Source of the DNA: Eledone cirrhosa
Lineage: Eukaryota
NCBI GenBank assembly: GCA_964016885.1
Contig: OZ024742.1
Coordinates: forward strand, 159,650,001 to 159,714,000
Length of the DNA: 64,000 nt
Reading direction: 5' to 3'
Part shown: positions 1-11,792 of the stretch, piece after piece
How the letters are laid out: the number at the start of each line of letters is the position of its first letter
How positions within the stretch are numbered: position 1 is the first letter of the stretch
Program-made: the position numbers and the translations under genes
Notes under the pieces: generated by a model
Databases searched by the model: none
Seen by the model: the letters and a program-made list of their open reading frames with translations, nothing else
Told to the model about the DNA's origin: nothing

Positions 1-950
1 GCCCTCGACCAATCGGGCAATGTGATCGGTGGAAACTCCACCTTGGCGTTCTATAGAGGATTAGTGGAGGGGAAGAGCGATGACGTATTTGGAGAAACTC
101 TAGGCGTCGACGAAAATCAACTAGCCAATCTCTTTGGAAGGACTTTCGGGCCGGGGCCTATGGACAACTTCCAGAAATCCCTGGCCTGGCAGTGCTACCG
201 AGGAGCTTTGCCAGTTCGGGATAAACTCTACAGGCATGGAGGTGCCGTCAGCGGGCATGTCCGAGATGCGCGCAGGGCGACGAAACCGTCCTGCACGTAC
301 TCGTCCAGTGTCCGAGCATTGCTGACTTGTGGGTTTATGTCGAACCCCTGCTGTCACGCGTAGGACAGATCCAGCTATCAGCTGAGTCCATCGTGAGGAT
401 TGCCCCGCCCTCCTCCTTTAGCCGGGAAGGGCAGGCAGTTTTTATCTGTCTGGTGGCCATGGCGAAAGAGATAGTATGGTGGACACGTTTGAAAGGGCTG
501 AAAACGAGCATTTACCTCTTCGGTGATGCCCTGATTAACTTTGTCAAATTTCATTTGAAAAGGAAAATCAGGGTAGAGAGGGAAGTGCTCTCTTCCCAGC
601 ATTTTGTTGAAAGATGGGTGAGAGAATCAAGTATGGCCCAAGTGAATGGGCCTACTCTGAGTATGTGTCTGTAAATTAAAGGTGGAAAACTGGGAGAGGG
701 CACTTGCCCTGGTGGTCAGGGTCACTGTGGTTTTTTAATGGGCTTTCTCCACAAATTTCCCTCGGAAGTCTTCCCCCTATTGGGGAATTTTTGATTGTTA
801 TTTTTTTTATTACAATCCTCTGTTTTTTTACACGCAGAAATGCCCAATTGTACCGTCCTGTATTGTCCTGTATTGTCCTTAATGTCTACTTTATGTAAAC
901 CCTTGTGGTTAATAAAGAAATCATTATTATTATTATTATTGTTGTTGTTG
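1..950 (+). mobile_element. Tx1/L1-clade LINE 3' part (zf-RVT/C-terminal region, frameshifted), 3' UTR and AATAAA-(ATT)n tail
   Basis: ORFs 22-363 and 327-674 join into W..YRGALPVRDKL...C..C...ETVLH....C....LW, typical of an L1/Tx1 ORF2 C-terminus. Ends in aataaagaaatc(att)n at ~911-950. Confidence 0.75.
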
Positions 951-1319
951 TTGTCAATAAAAGGAAATAATTATTTACAATCTGAGTTCATCTCCAGCTT
1001 AAGTAAACTTTGTTTTTCATCTTTCCGTGGTCGATGTACTGAGTTCAAATGTACTGAGTTCAAATCATCCCCCAAATTGCTTGTCTTATGCCTATATTAG
1101 AAACAATTTTTATTAAAAATATCATCTTAGCCATATATATAGCTGTGTAGTTCACTTCACAATTTACATCAATAATTTCGTTTTAAATTCATTCATATTT
1201 TTCTAAATTATTATCAAATATATAACTGTGTTTTATGTATCTCCAAAAAATCATTTTCCACAATGTTGTTAGTTACAGAAAATATGAAGAAATTCTAAAA
1301 CTTTTCTTCATCAGTTCAA

Positions 1320-1900
1320 TACACAAGAAGCTAAACATCACAACAGAGATGATAAAGGACCGTGAGACCTGGCACTATGCCGTTTTGGTGAAAACACTTT
1401 GCCAGCATAAAATGTGACCTGACTCATCCCTGTGTCCCTCTCCATTAGCACTCCTTAGTAGCTGAGCTCATGATCGGTGCACCCCCCCCCCCTTCCTTGA
1501 CCATGCACTCTCATCTCTAAAGTCCTGAGGCACCCTCATTGTCGGAACGTTGTAGATACTCTTTCCGCTCCATGCACACCCACCCTGTCCTACCAACTCA
1601 GACAAACACACTCAGAACACATTGTGAATTGGTTGGTGATAGAAATGACATCCAGGTGTAAAAAAACTTGCCAAACAAAGGGTTGGGAGGACCCTTCAGT
1701 TGTGTCAAAAACATGACAACCTCTCTATTGCTGGTTTCATGATAAAATGCACTCAGTAGAGCACGAAACCGTATGTAAGTGGGATGGTGATCCATGGCCT
1801 GTGTGGGAGGTCAGAAGGCCTGCTTGAGTACTGACTTGGTCTGCGAAAACTCGTCCACCCTTTGCTATCAGGGAAAAGGGATATTAAATGATGATGATGA
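1320..1900 (+). mobile_element. Decayed RTE LINE 3' end with (GAT)n tail
   Basis: TEMIKDRETWHYAV resembles the RTE C-terminal MxxDRxxWR motif; ends attaaatgatgatgatga. Confidence 0.45.
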
Positions 1901-2402
1901 TATTCATACAGATGTCTTTAGACATATGCATGTGTGTGTGTGTGGGTGGGGGGTGGGTGGGCGTGGGGGTTAAATATATATATATACAAGCTGAAATCAG
2001 TTTATGCGTCAGATTTTGCAAAGCAAGCGTCAAACATCCAGGAAGTTGCAGACATAACACGAGAACTTGAACTAAATCAAGTTTTGACAGATGTAACAAA
2101 ATGACTACGTCTGATTGTGACCATACCTGCCACATCTGCTTCCCGTGAGAGATCATTCATTTTTTTCATTAAAGCGAGTAAATAATTATATGAGGTGTTC
2201 TCAAAGGGGAATGAGATTAAGTAATTTGGTCTTCATTTACATGAGTAAGGTTCTTTTGAAAAAGATAAGGGTAGGGCGTAGTGTTGATACATTCTATAGC
2301 AAAGTGATCGATGAATTGCCAAAAATAAACGAAGATTTGAACTGATTTACAAATGAATTTTAAAATCTCATTATTTGAAGATTTTATTATTTACTCAGAT
2401 TA

Positions 2403-2609
2403 GGGCGGTGGATTGGCAGTATCAGTAGAGGGTCCGACACCATGTTACGTCCCTTTATGGTCTGAGTTCAAATCCCGCCGAGGTTAACTTTGCCTTTCAT
2501 CCTTACGGGGTCGATAAAATAAAGCACCAGTAATGTACTGGAGTCGATTTAATCGACTTTTTCCTCCCCCCAAATCACTGGCCTTGTGCCTATACTAGAA
2601 ATCATTATT
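2403..2609 (+). mobile_element. tRNA-derived SINE, family 1 (Meta-domain-like core)
   Basis: A-box-like head gggcggtggattggcagtatc, B-box gagttcaaatcc, core gcctttcatccttacggggtcgataaaat, flanked by TSD attatttactcagatt. Confidence 0.85.
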
Positions 2610-2991
2610 TACTCAGATTTCTCTCGTAACTAATAAGGTCATGAAGTCAAGTCTAGGATGTTACTAATGTGGGGACATCGAGTGCAGTGGAGAGTGGTAT
2701 CGAGCCCGAAGTGAGGCCTGTAGGTAGAAATACATTATCACACATTAAAATTCGCTCATATTACATTCACAAATGGAGGGGCGACGGTGAATAATTTTCC
2801 AAAGTGTGTGTGGGGCGAAGGCTCCACAACAGTCACACTATCCGCCATAGCGATTGGACTGCATCGTGGACTGCATGCCCTGCTTTCCAAGTTATACATA
2901 TATACACAACGAAAATGATAATTAAAAAGGGTTCGAAAAGTGCACCTGATATATATGTAACGAATAGATGGAATTGTTGGTATGATGGTTT

Positions 2992-5139
2992 TATAGCGAG
3001 ATTACTGGGTTGTATGAATGTAACAAAACGAGACATGGTTTGTGTGTATAATATTTAATTAACGGTAGATTTTATAGTTGACATGTCAATAGGAATAGAT
3101 GTTAGAATGAAGCAAAGTTAGTAGTTACCGTTTTGATTGCCAGGCAAACGCGGCTGGCAGAGGACGCCTGGCTAAGGCCAGGCGCCTGTTGGCCAAATTA
3201 ATGGCAGAGCCAAATGTGAGGCTCTTGACCAGGTGCCGAAAAGGCAAAGAGAGAAAGGAAGCTTAAAGTTGTTAGTTTTATAGGGCTCTGACCGGAAGTT
3301 GCAGAAAGGGTTCCACTTCCCGTCTAGATCCTAATCAAAACAAGGGAGACAACCGCTACATAACCTCCCGCCAGAATTTTAGTGTATAAAAATCGAAATG
3401 AAAATATGTAGCAAGTTGGCGAGAATGTTGTAACGGGCATGAAAATTACGACAAAAGAATGTTTGGAAAAATCAATGATAGATATCAAGGTAGCCAACCG
3501 CTCTTGGCCAGAGAACGACTGGACATCCATCTATCCATCACCCAAAGATACAATGTAATAAAGTAAAAGTAATAGAAGAGCTCAAAGTTCAAATGTACAA
3601 AATATAGTTCACAGGTGTGCAATCACATGACAGCAGGAAAGAAAGTGTGTTCCAGAGAATGAATGCAGGTGGTTTCTGTTCTGTGGTATATCGTGAAATT
3701 TCCAACCTCCGAATGGATTTTCTCACAGGAAGAGTGCTGCAAAAATGAATTCTCTGGCTTTGGTGAAGCTGTATTGATGTATTGCTGTTGCTGTTATATT
3801 GCTGTTGCTGCTGCTGTTGTCTCGCTGAGTGAGCGTATTCGGTGTTTAAATTCACAGTAAAATTTTTTAGAAAAAATGAGTTGCGCAAAGTGCTAGAAAT
3901 AGCAGCCGAAGTTGATGGTCGATGTTGAGAATGCGTTGACCTGGAAGGGTCAAGAGGCCAGCGACCAGAGAAATAAGCATTCTTAATAAATGCGCGGTTA
4001 TCAACGGTAAATTTACATTGTAAATTTATAAACCGGCAAATAGAAGAATATAGCTTAAGGCTGAAGAATCCTTGGGGAGAAATGTTATCTCTGGCGTGCG
4101 GCTGTCTGTGAGTAGAGACATCTCAGTGAATCGAGAATTTGTGCTGCCTACACGTGCCAATACAAGGTTGAAAAAAATAATATTTCTAACGCGCGAGAAA
4201 ATGATAGTGCAATTTTGAAAGTGACAATGATGAAAAAGAAAGGCTTCACTCAGCATAATTATTGGTGTGAACTTTGGGAAAAAAAAAAAAAAAAAAAAAT
4301 TGAACGATGAAGAAAACGATGAACAAAAAGGCAATGGTTCATCGAAAATAAATGTTCCTGTTGAAATGTTTTTTAAAGAATATCAAATTTCTTTTTTTTT
4401 TGTGTGTTTTGAAAGAGTTCGTTGTAAGAAACGAGAAACATATATATATATCGTGAAATGTTTTTTTTTTTTTTTTTTTTGTTTTGAAAGTGTTCGTTGT
4501 AAGAAACGAGAAACATATATATATTGGTGAAATGCGACAGTTAATTGATGCGTGAGAGAAAAAGTCTGTCTGTGCGAATTCCACATGTGCGTGTGTGCGT
4601 GTCCTTGAGTATTTTCATAGTTTGTCGCTAAATTTGCTGTGTATTCGTAATGTTACTCACAAAACCAGATGTGCTATTTTTTCTTTTTTTGGGGCGGGGG
4701 GGGGGGGGGGGTGACCACTTATAGCGATGAACGGCTGCGTGTTCGTATCACGTCAGGGTTACCAATATAGCGAGGATACTGGGTTGTATGAATGTAACAA
4801 AACGAGACATAGTTTGTGTGTATAATATTTAATTAACAATGGTAGATAGTATACTTGACATGTCAAAGATGAGGATGTTGTTAGAATGAAACAAAGTTAG
4901 TAGTTACCGTTTTGATTGCCAGGCAAACGCGGCTGGCAGAGGACGCCTGGCTAAGGCCAGGCGCCTGTTGGCCAAATTAATGGCAGAGCCAAATGTGAGG
5001 CTCTTGACCAGGTGCCGAAAAGGCAAAGAGAGAAAGGAAGCTTAAAGTTGTTAGTTTTATAGGGCTCTGACCGGAAGTTGCAGAAAGGGTTCCACTTCCC
5101 GTCTAGATCCCAATCAAAACAAGGGAGACAACCGCTACA
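2992..5139 (-). mobile_element. Non-autonomous LTR element copy A1, inserted in the 3' LTR of B
   Basis: LTRs 2992-3360 and 4766-5139 (TGTAGCGG...CTCGCTATA on minus); PBS 4733-4764; PPT ggcgggaggtta next to 3361; GTTT TSD at 2988-2991 and 5140-5143. The empty site gatggtttcaatgc is seen in B's other LTR. Confidence 0.93.
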
Positions 5140-5579
5140 GTTTCAATGCAAAGAATAATACCAGGATTGTGTTGTTACAATGTTTATTTTATTATAACAA
5201 TATTCAATTTGAATATTAAATGATAAAATCTATAACATGAAATATTCGTACAATAAGTTGGTGGCTCTTCGAGCCACGTAAATACAAGTATCACAGAGTA
5301 CTATATAATATAATTGTATTGTATCTGAAAGATACAATATGACGGACAGAAATAGTGCGTGTAAAAATGCAAGCAGTGTGAACTTACTATGTGTGCGTGT
5401 GTGCGTATTAGTATACTTTCTTATCTTAGCAGTAGTAGTATTCAATCAGCCAGGCGGGAAAGGCATGTGAGAAATTAGTGGACGGACTGTTTTTCGTGAA
5501 GGGAGATTTGACAGCGTAAGTGAATACCTCCTCTCTTATCTGTAGTACCACTTTTTCTGCTGGGTATAAACAAATCCTT

Positions 5580-5940
5580 GTATTTATAACTTCGTTGAAG
5601 TTAGAAGGATGGGTATATCATCTGACCTGTGGTTAGCATCTCCCAAGGGGTTGGTCTGCCGGGTGTAAACAACCCTCGTATTTATAACGATTGAAGTTAG
5701 AAGGATGGATATATCATCTGACCTCTTTTCTGCCGTGCGTAAACAACCATCATCTGACCTGTGGTTAGCATCTCCCAAGGAGTTGGTCTGCCGGGCGTAA
5801 ACAACCCTCGTATTTATAACGATTGAAGTTAGAAGGATGGATATATCATCTGACCTCTTTTCTGCCGTGCGTAAACAGCCATCATCTGACCTGTGGTTAG
5901 CATCTCCCAAGGGGTTGGTCTGCCGGGCGTAAACAATCAA
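5580..5940. repeat. ~130-bp tandem repeat inside the LTR of B
   Basis: Unit gtatttataac..gaagttagaaggatgg..atcatctgacctgtggttagcatctcccaagg occurs three times here and twice at 12122-12350. Confidence 0.85.
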
Positions 5941-6227
5941 CCACGGCTTGTCTCAAAGGCGGGAAAGCTCAGATTCCGTTTCGAATCTTCGCCGGTTTCA
6001 ATACAGGAGTATTCCGTTATAATACCCCTCTTCCAGTGAGAAAGCTAACGATCGAACGATCTAGGAATATGTGAAATGAAGATAGGTATAACTAGGTGTG
6101 TTGTTGAAGAAAATCAGAAAAAAAATACATTAAAGTCATTTATAAACAGGGGAAATGAAAGAAAACATGCAAAACAAATTTACATGCAGGAAAATGTACT
6201 GTGATGTTACATATAATTGAAAATGTT

Positions 6228-7561
6228 TGTAGCGGTTGTCTCCCTTGTTTTGATTAGGATCTAGACGGGAAGTGGAACCCTTTCTGCAACTTCCGGTCAG
6301 AACCCTATAAAACTAACAACTTTAAGCTTCCTTTCTCTCTTTGCCTTTTCGGCACCGATTCACAGAGCCTCTCATTGGGCTCCGCCATTAATTTGGCCAA
6401 CAGGCGCCTGGCCTTAGCCAGGCGTCCTCTGCCAGCCGCGTTTGCCTGGCAACCAAAACGGTAACTACTAACTTTGCTTCATTCTAACAACATCCTCATC
6501 TTTGACATGTCAAGTATACTATCTACTGTTAATTAAATATTATACACACAAACCATGTCTCGTTTTGTTATATTCATACAACCTCAGTAATCTCGCTATA
6601 TTGGTAACCCTGACGTGATACGAACACGCAGCCGTTTATCGCTATAAGTGGTCACCCCCCCCCCCCCCAAAAAAAAAATACCACATCTGGTTTTGTGAGT
6701 AACATTACGAATACACAGCAAATTTAGCGACAAACTATGAAAATACTCAAGGACACGCACACACGCACATGTGGAATTCGCACAGACAGACTTTTTCTCT
6801 CACGCATCAATTAACTGTCGCATTTCACCAATATATATATATATGTTTCTCGTTTCTTACAACGAACACTTTCAAAACAAAAAAAAAAAAAAAACATTTC
6901 ACGATATATATATATGTTTCTCGTTTCTTACAACGAACTCTTTCAAAACACACACAAAAAAAAAGAGATTTGATATTCTTTAAAAAAACATTTCAACAGG
7001 AACATTTATTTTCGATGAACCATTGCCTTTTTGTTCATCGTTTTCTTCATCGTTCAAGTTTTTTTTTTTTTTTTTTTTTTTCCCAAAGTTCACACCAAAT
7101 ATTGTGCTGAGTGAAGCCTTTCTTTTTCATCATTGTCACTTTCAACATTGCACTATCATTTTCTCGCGCGTTAGAAATATTTTTTTTTTTCAACCTTGTA
7201 TTGGCACGTGTAGGCAGCACAAATTCTCGATTCACAGAGATGTCTCTACTCACAGACAGCCGCACGCCATTTATCACCAGGGATTCTTCAGCCTTAAGCT
7301 ATATTCTTCTATTTGCCGGTTTATAAATTTACAATGTAAATTTACAGTTGATAACCGCGCATTTATTAAGAATGCTTATTTCTCTGGTCGCTGGCCTCTT
7401 GACCCTTCCAGGTCAACGCATTCTCAACATCGACCATCAACTTCGGCTGCTATTTCTAGCACTTTGCGCAACTCATTTTTCCTAAAAAAATTTTTTTTTA
7501 CTGTGAATTTAAACACCGAATACGCTCACTCAGCGAGACAACAGCAGCAGCAACAGCAATA

Positions 7562-7592
<31 letters not shown>

Positions 7593-7650
7593 AGCAATAC
7601 AGCAGCAGCAGCAACAGCAACAGCAATACAGCAGCAACAGCAACAGCAAT

Positions 7651-7684
<34 letters not shown>

Positions 7685-8632
7685 TACAGCAGCAGCAGCA
7701 ACAGCAACAGCAATACAGCAGCAACAGCAATACAGCAGCAACAGCAACAGCAATACAGCAGCAACAGCACCAAAGCCAGAGAATTTATTTTTGCAGCACT
7801 CTTCCTGTGAGAAAATCCATTCGGATGTTGGAAATTCACGATATACCACAGAACAGAAACCACCTGCATTCATTCTCTGGAACACACTTTCTTTCCTGCT
7901 GTCATGTGATTGCACACCTGTGAACTATATTTTGAACTTTGAGCTCTTCTATTACTTTTACTTTATTACATTGTATCTTTGGGTGATGGATAGATGGATG
8001 TCCAGTCGTTCTCTGGCCAAGAGCGGTTGGCTACCTTGATATCTATCATTGATTTTTCCAAACATTCTTTTGTCGTAATTTTCATGCCTGTTACAACATT
8101 CTCGCCAACTTGCTACATATTTTCATTTCGATTTTTATACACTAAAATTCTGGCGGGAGGTTATGTAGCGGTTGTCTCCCTTGTTTTGATTAGGATCTAG
8201 ACGGGAAGTGGAACCCTTTCTGCAACTTCCGGTCAGAGCCCTATAAAACTAACAACTTTAAGCTTCCTTTCTCTCTTTGCCTTTTCGGCACCGATTCACA
8301 GAGCCTCTCATTGGGCTCCGCCATTAATTTGGCCAACAGGCGCCTGGCCTTAGCCAGGCGTCCTCTGCCAGCCGCGTTTGCCTGGCAACCAAAACGGTAA
8401 CTACTAACTTTGCTTCATTCTAACAACATCCTCATCTTTGACATGTCAAGTATACTATCTACTGCAAATTAATGGCGGAGCCCAATGAGAGGCTCTGTGA
8501 ATCGGTGCCGAAAAGGCAAAGAGAGAAAGGAAGCTTAAAGTTGTTAGTTTTATAGGGCTCTGACCGGAAGTTGCAGAAAGGGTTCCACTTCCCGTCTAGA
8601 TCCTAATCAAAACAAGGGAGACAACCGCTACA
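6228..8632 (+). mobile_element. Non-autonomous LTR element copy A2 with folded-back 3' LTR
   Basis: 5' LTR 6228-6600; PBS 6602-6633; 3' LTR 8164-8464 followed by an inverted copy 8465-8632; TGTT TSD at 6224-6227 and 8633-8636. Confidence 0.93.
7537..7770 (+). repeat. Compound CAG/CAA/TAC microsatellite inside A2
   Basis: Repeats of cagcagcaacagcaata; the matching tract in A1 (~3780-3820) is short. Confidence 0.9.
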
Positions 8633-8829
8633 TGTTCATACGAAAAGTTTGTTGATTAAAAGTTCGTTCATTTCATAGAAACGGAAAAATGTTCTTTTGA
8701 TGTGGGTGATGCACAGAGTCAATTGATTTGTGTGTAGCAATAGTTCATGACCACAGAAATTGGCCGATTCGTTGAAATGTACAAATTAGCCGAAATGTCG
8801 ACCAGATGCATAATTTGTACTTACCCGAT

Positions 8830-11792
8830 AAACTTGTCCGTATAGCGTGGGCCATCGAACTGTTCTTCCAGATTTGGTGTGTCGGGGTTATGCAGAATTC
8901 GTCGTGTTTGTGTCGGGCAAAGTTGTTGGTGAGTCTGCTGGAGAAACGGTGGGTACTGATGGCAAATCCTGTTCCATGAACGCTTTTTTTAAACGGTCAA
9001 TGGAGACGGTATTTCGTTTCCCGTTCAAGTCGAGGACGAACTACTTAGGGCGTTTCTGTATCACCTCGTAGGGCCCGTAATATGGCGGACGAAGTTGCGA
9101 TGGAATACCGTTATTTCTAACGAAAACATGCGTCCATGTATCGATGTCTTTTGGTATGTGTGAAGTAACGTGTTGTTGTTTAGGGGCTGAAGGAGACAGA
9201 TGCGACATGGATGACCGTAAACGGTGACATATTTTGTTGGGTCTGGAAGTTCTTGTGGCGAAACAGGAGCGATCATTTGCCCGGGTAGAGCGAGTACCGT
9301 GCCATAAACCATTTCAGCCGGATAATGTCCGACTCCCTCCTTAACAGTGGAACGAATACCAAGAAGAATGAGTGGGAGGTATTCGAACCAGTTAGTGGAG
9401 TCTTCGTAAGCCTTGATAGATGCTTTTAGCTGGCGGTGGAAGCGTTCAACCATGCCGTTAGCTGCAGGGTTATACGCCGTTGTAAGGATGTGTTTACACC
9501 CGAGTAGACGAGTCAGTTCGGTAAAGAGGTGCAAATCGAACTGACGTCCTCTATCCATAGTCATGGTTGCAGGTGTGCCGAAACGAGAAACCCGGTGAAA
9601 CTAGCGTTTTGGCGACAGTTTCCGCGGTAATATCCATCAGGGGAAAAGCTTCTGGCCAGCGAGAAAATCGGTCGACACAGGTGAGAAGAGGAGTGTAGTT
9701 GTGAGAAGGAGGCAATGGTCCAACGATGTCTATGTGGACATGTTGGAACCGTGCATCAGGTGTTGCGAAAGAACCGATCAGGGCTTTGATGTGCCGGTGA
9801 ATTTTCGCCTTCTGGCACGCCATACAGTTCCTAGCCCATTCGCGGGTGTCCTTGCTGATGTTGGGCCACACAAAGCGGGCAACCATCAGTTTCTGCGTGG
9901 CTGGGACGCCAGGATGTGCCAGAGAATGCAGTGCCGAAAAAACGTTGCGTCGATGTTTCCGGGGCACGTATGGGCGCTCGTGGCCCGTGGAGATGTCGCA
10001 CCAAATATAACCTGCGAAGAGGGCATCGGGCATTCCTGCAATTTCAAGGATGATTTCCGGAGCTGTAGCAGTTCCTCGTCATCCTGTTGATCTGCTGCAA
10101 TCTTCTGGAGATCGATAGTGGCAGTGGTGTGGATTGCGTTAAGCTCCATGCGCGACAGGGCATCAGCTGCTGAGTTGGTGGCACCCTTAATGTACCGAAT
10201 GTCAGTAGTGTACTGAGAAATGAAGTCTAGATGTCGAACCTCCCTGGGTGAGTGGCGATCAGGCTTGGCGTTGAACGCGTACATTAGTGGTTTGTGGTCG
10301 GTGTATATGGAGAAAACACGACCTTCTAGCATGTGTCGAAAATGCTTGACAGCAAGGTATGCTGCCAATAATTCACGACTGAATGTGCTGTACTTAGTTT
10401 CGGCGGGTTTTAATGGCTTAGAGAAAAAAGATACAGGTCGCCAAATATCGCCAGAGAGTTGTTGAAGCACACCTCCAACTCCGAAATTGGATGCATCAGT
10501 CAATACACACATTAGGGCGTCAGGTTTGGGGTAACTCAGCATTTTCTCGGGCAACATTTTCTTCAACTCAGCGAAAGCGGTACATTCTTTTTCGCTGAGA
10601 TTGATGTTCGCGTTTTTGGTTGTACGCTGCCGCAGCAAATCTGTGAGCAGTTGGGCTGTCTCTGCACAGTGGGGTATAAATCTTCTGTAGAAGTTCACCA
10701 GGCCAAGAAATTATCGCAGTTTGCGGAGAGATGTGGGCTGTGGAAAATCAATGATGGATTTGACTTTCTCCTTAAGTGGGCGAATGCCATCTTTATCAAT
10801 GATGTGTCCCAGAAAATGAAGGGACGCAACTCACATTTGCTGGGGTTGATAACAATTCCGTATTCACGCAAACGTTCGAATAGCAGGTGCAGGTGCCTCT
10901 CATGTTCTTCCTCGAAGCCACTGGCCACCAGTAAGTCGTCGATGTATGCGTATACAAAAGGTAGACCTCTGGTGACTGTATCAATGAACCGTTGGAATGT
11001 CTGCGCTGCATTGCGCAAACCGAAAGGCATACGCAGAAATTCGAACATTCCAAAGGATGTTGTGACGGCGGTCTTCGGAATATCAGCGGGTTCCACAGGT
11101 ATCTGATTGTAAGCTCGCACAAGATCTATCTTCGAAAATATGCGAGTTCCGTGCAGCGAGCTAGAGAAGTCCTGTAGATGAGGCACTGGATAAGAGTCAG
11201 GCACGGTGCAGTTGTTCAGTGCACGGTAGTCGCCACAGATTCGCCAGTTGTTCGACTACTCCTTGGGTACACAATGTATGGGTGAGGACCAGTTGCTGCT
11301 GGACGGACGTATGATGCCGAGATCCAGCATGTGCTGAAATTCTTGTTTGACGAACTTCAGCCGGTCTGGTGGTAGCCTTCTAGGTCGTGCAGCGACAGGT
11401 GGGCCGTGTGTTTTTATGTGGTGGGTAACGTCATGTTTTACAGGGCAGGTGTTGAATACTGGTCGAGCTACGTCTGGGTATTTGTTGATTATATAGCTGT
11501 GTCGTGTTGTTGTTGCCGGTCGTGAAATAACTGGACTGACTGTGGCTGTCCAAGCGGCTATGCCGCGCACAGCGAGACCAGTGGAGTTGTCAACGAGTCG
11601 TCGGTTTTTCAGGTCCACTAGCAGTGAGAAGTGCTGAAGAAAATCAGCTCCTAAAATAGGGGTCGGCAGCTTAGCCACATCGAATACCCACTGAAAAGTG
11701 CGGCGTAGTCCTAAATTTAGTGTCAGGGACTGCTCTCCGTAGGTCGGAATAGGTGAATGATTCACCGCATTGTGACACCGTGAAACAGACAC
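8830..11792 (-). pseudogene. pol: Gypsy pol (protease C-terminus, RT, RNase H, integrase) broken by frameshifts and stops
   Basis: ILGADFL (protease), [18 protein letters not shown] (RT), TDAS..ELLA..YTDHKPL (RNase H), [23 protein letters not shown] and GPY (integrase) across ORFs 11256-11792, 10695-11204, 9886-10698, 9551-10033 and 9061-9564. Confidence 0.95.

Noticed and set aside
4733-4764. tRNA-Trp gene
   Set aside because: Only the 3' 32 nt with encoded CCA is present, next to an LTR, so it is a PBS. SINE heads are likewise not full cloverleaf tRNAs.
7023-8039. 338-aa polyQ/S/A ORF as a gag or host gene
   Set aside because: It is open because of a stop-free microsatellite, the frame is not conserved in A1, and no domain motif is present.
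2992-8464. Large inverted segmental duplication or assembly artefact
   Set aside because: Each arm has its own TSD and diagnostic variants, so they are two insertions.
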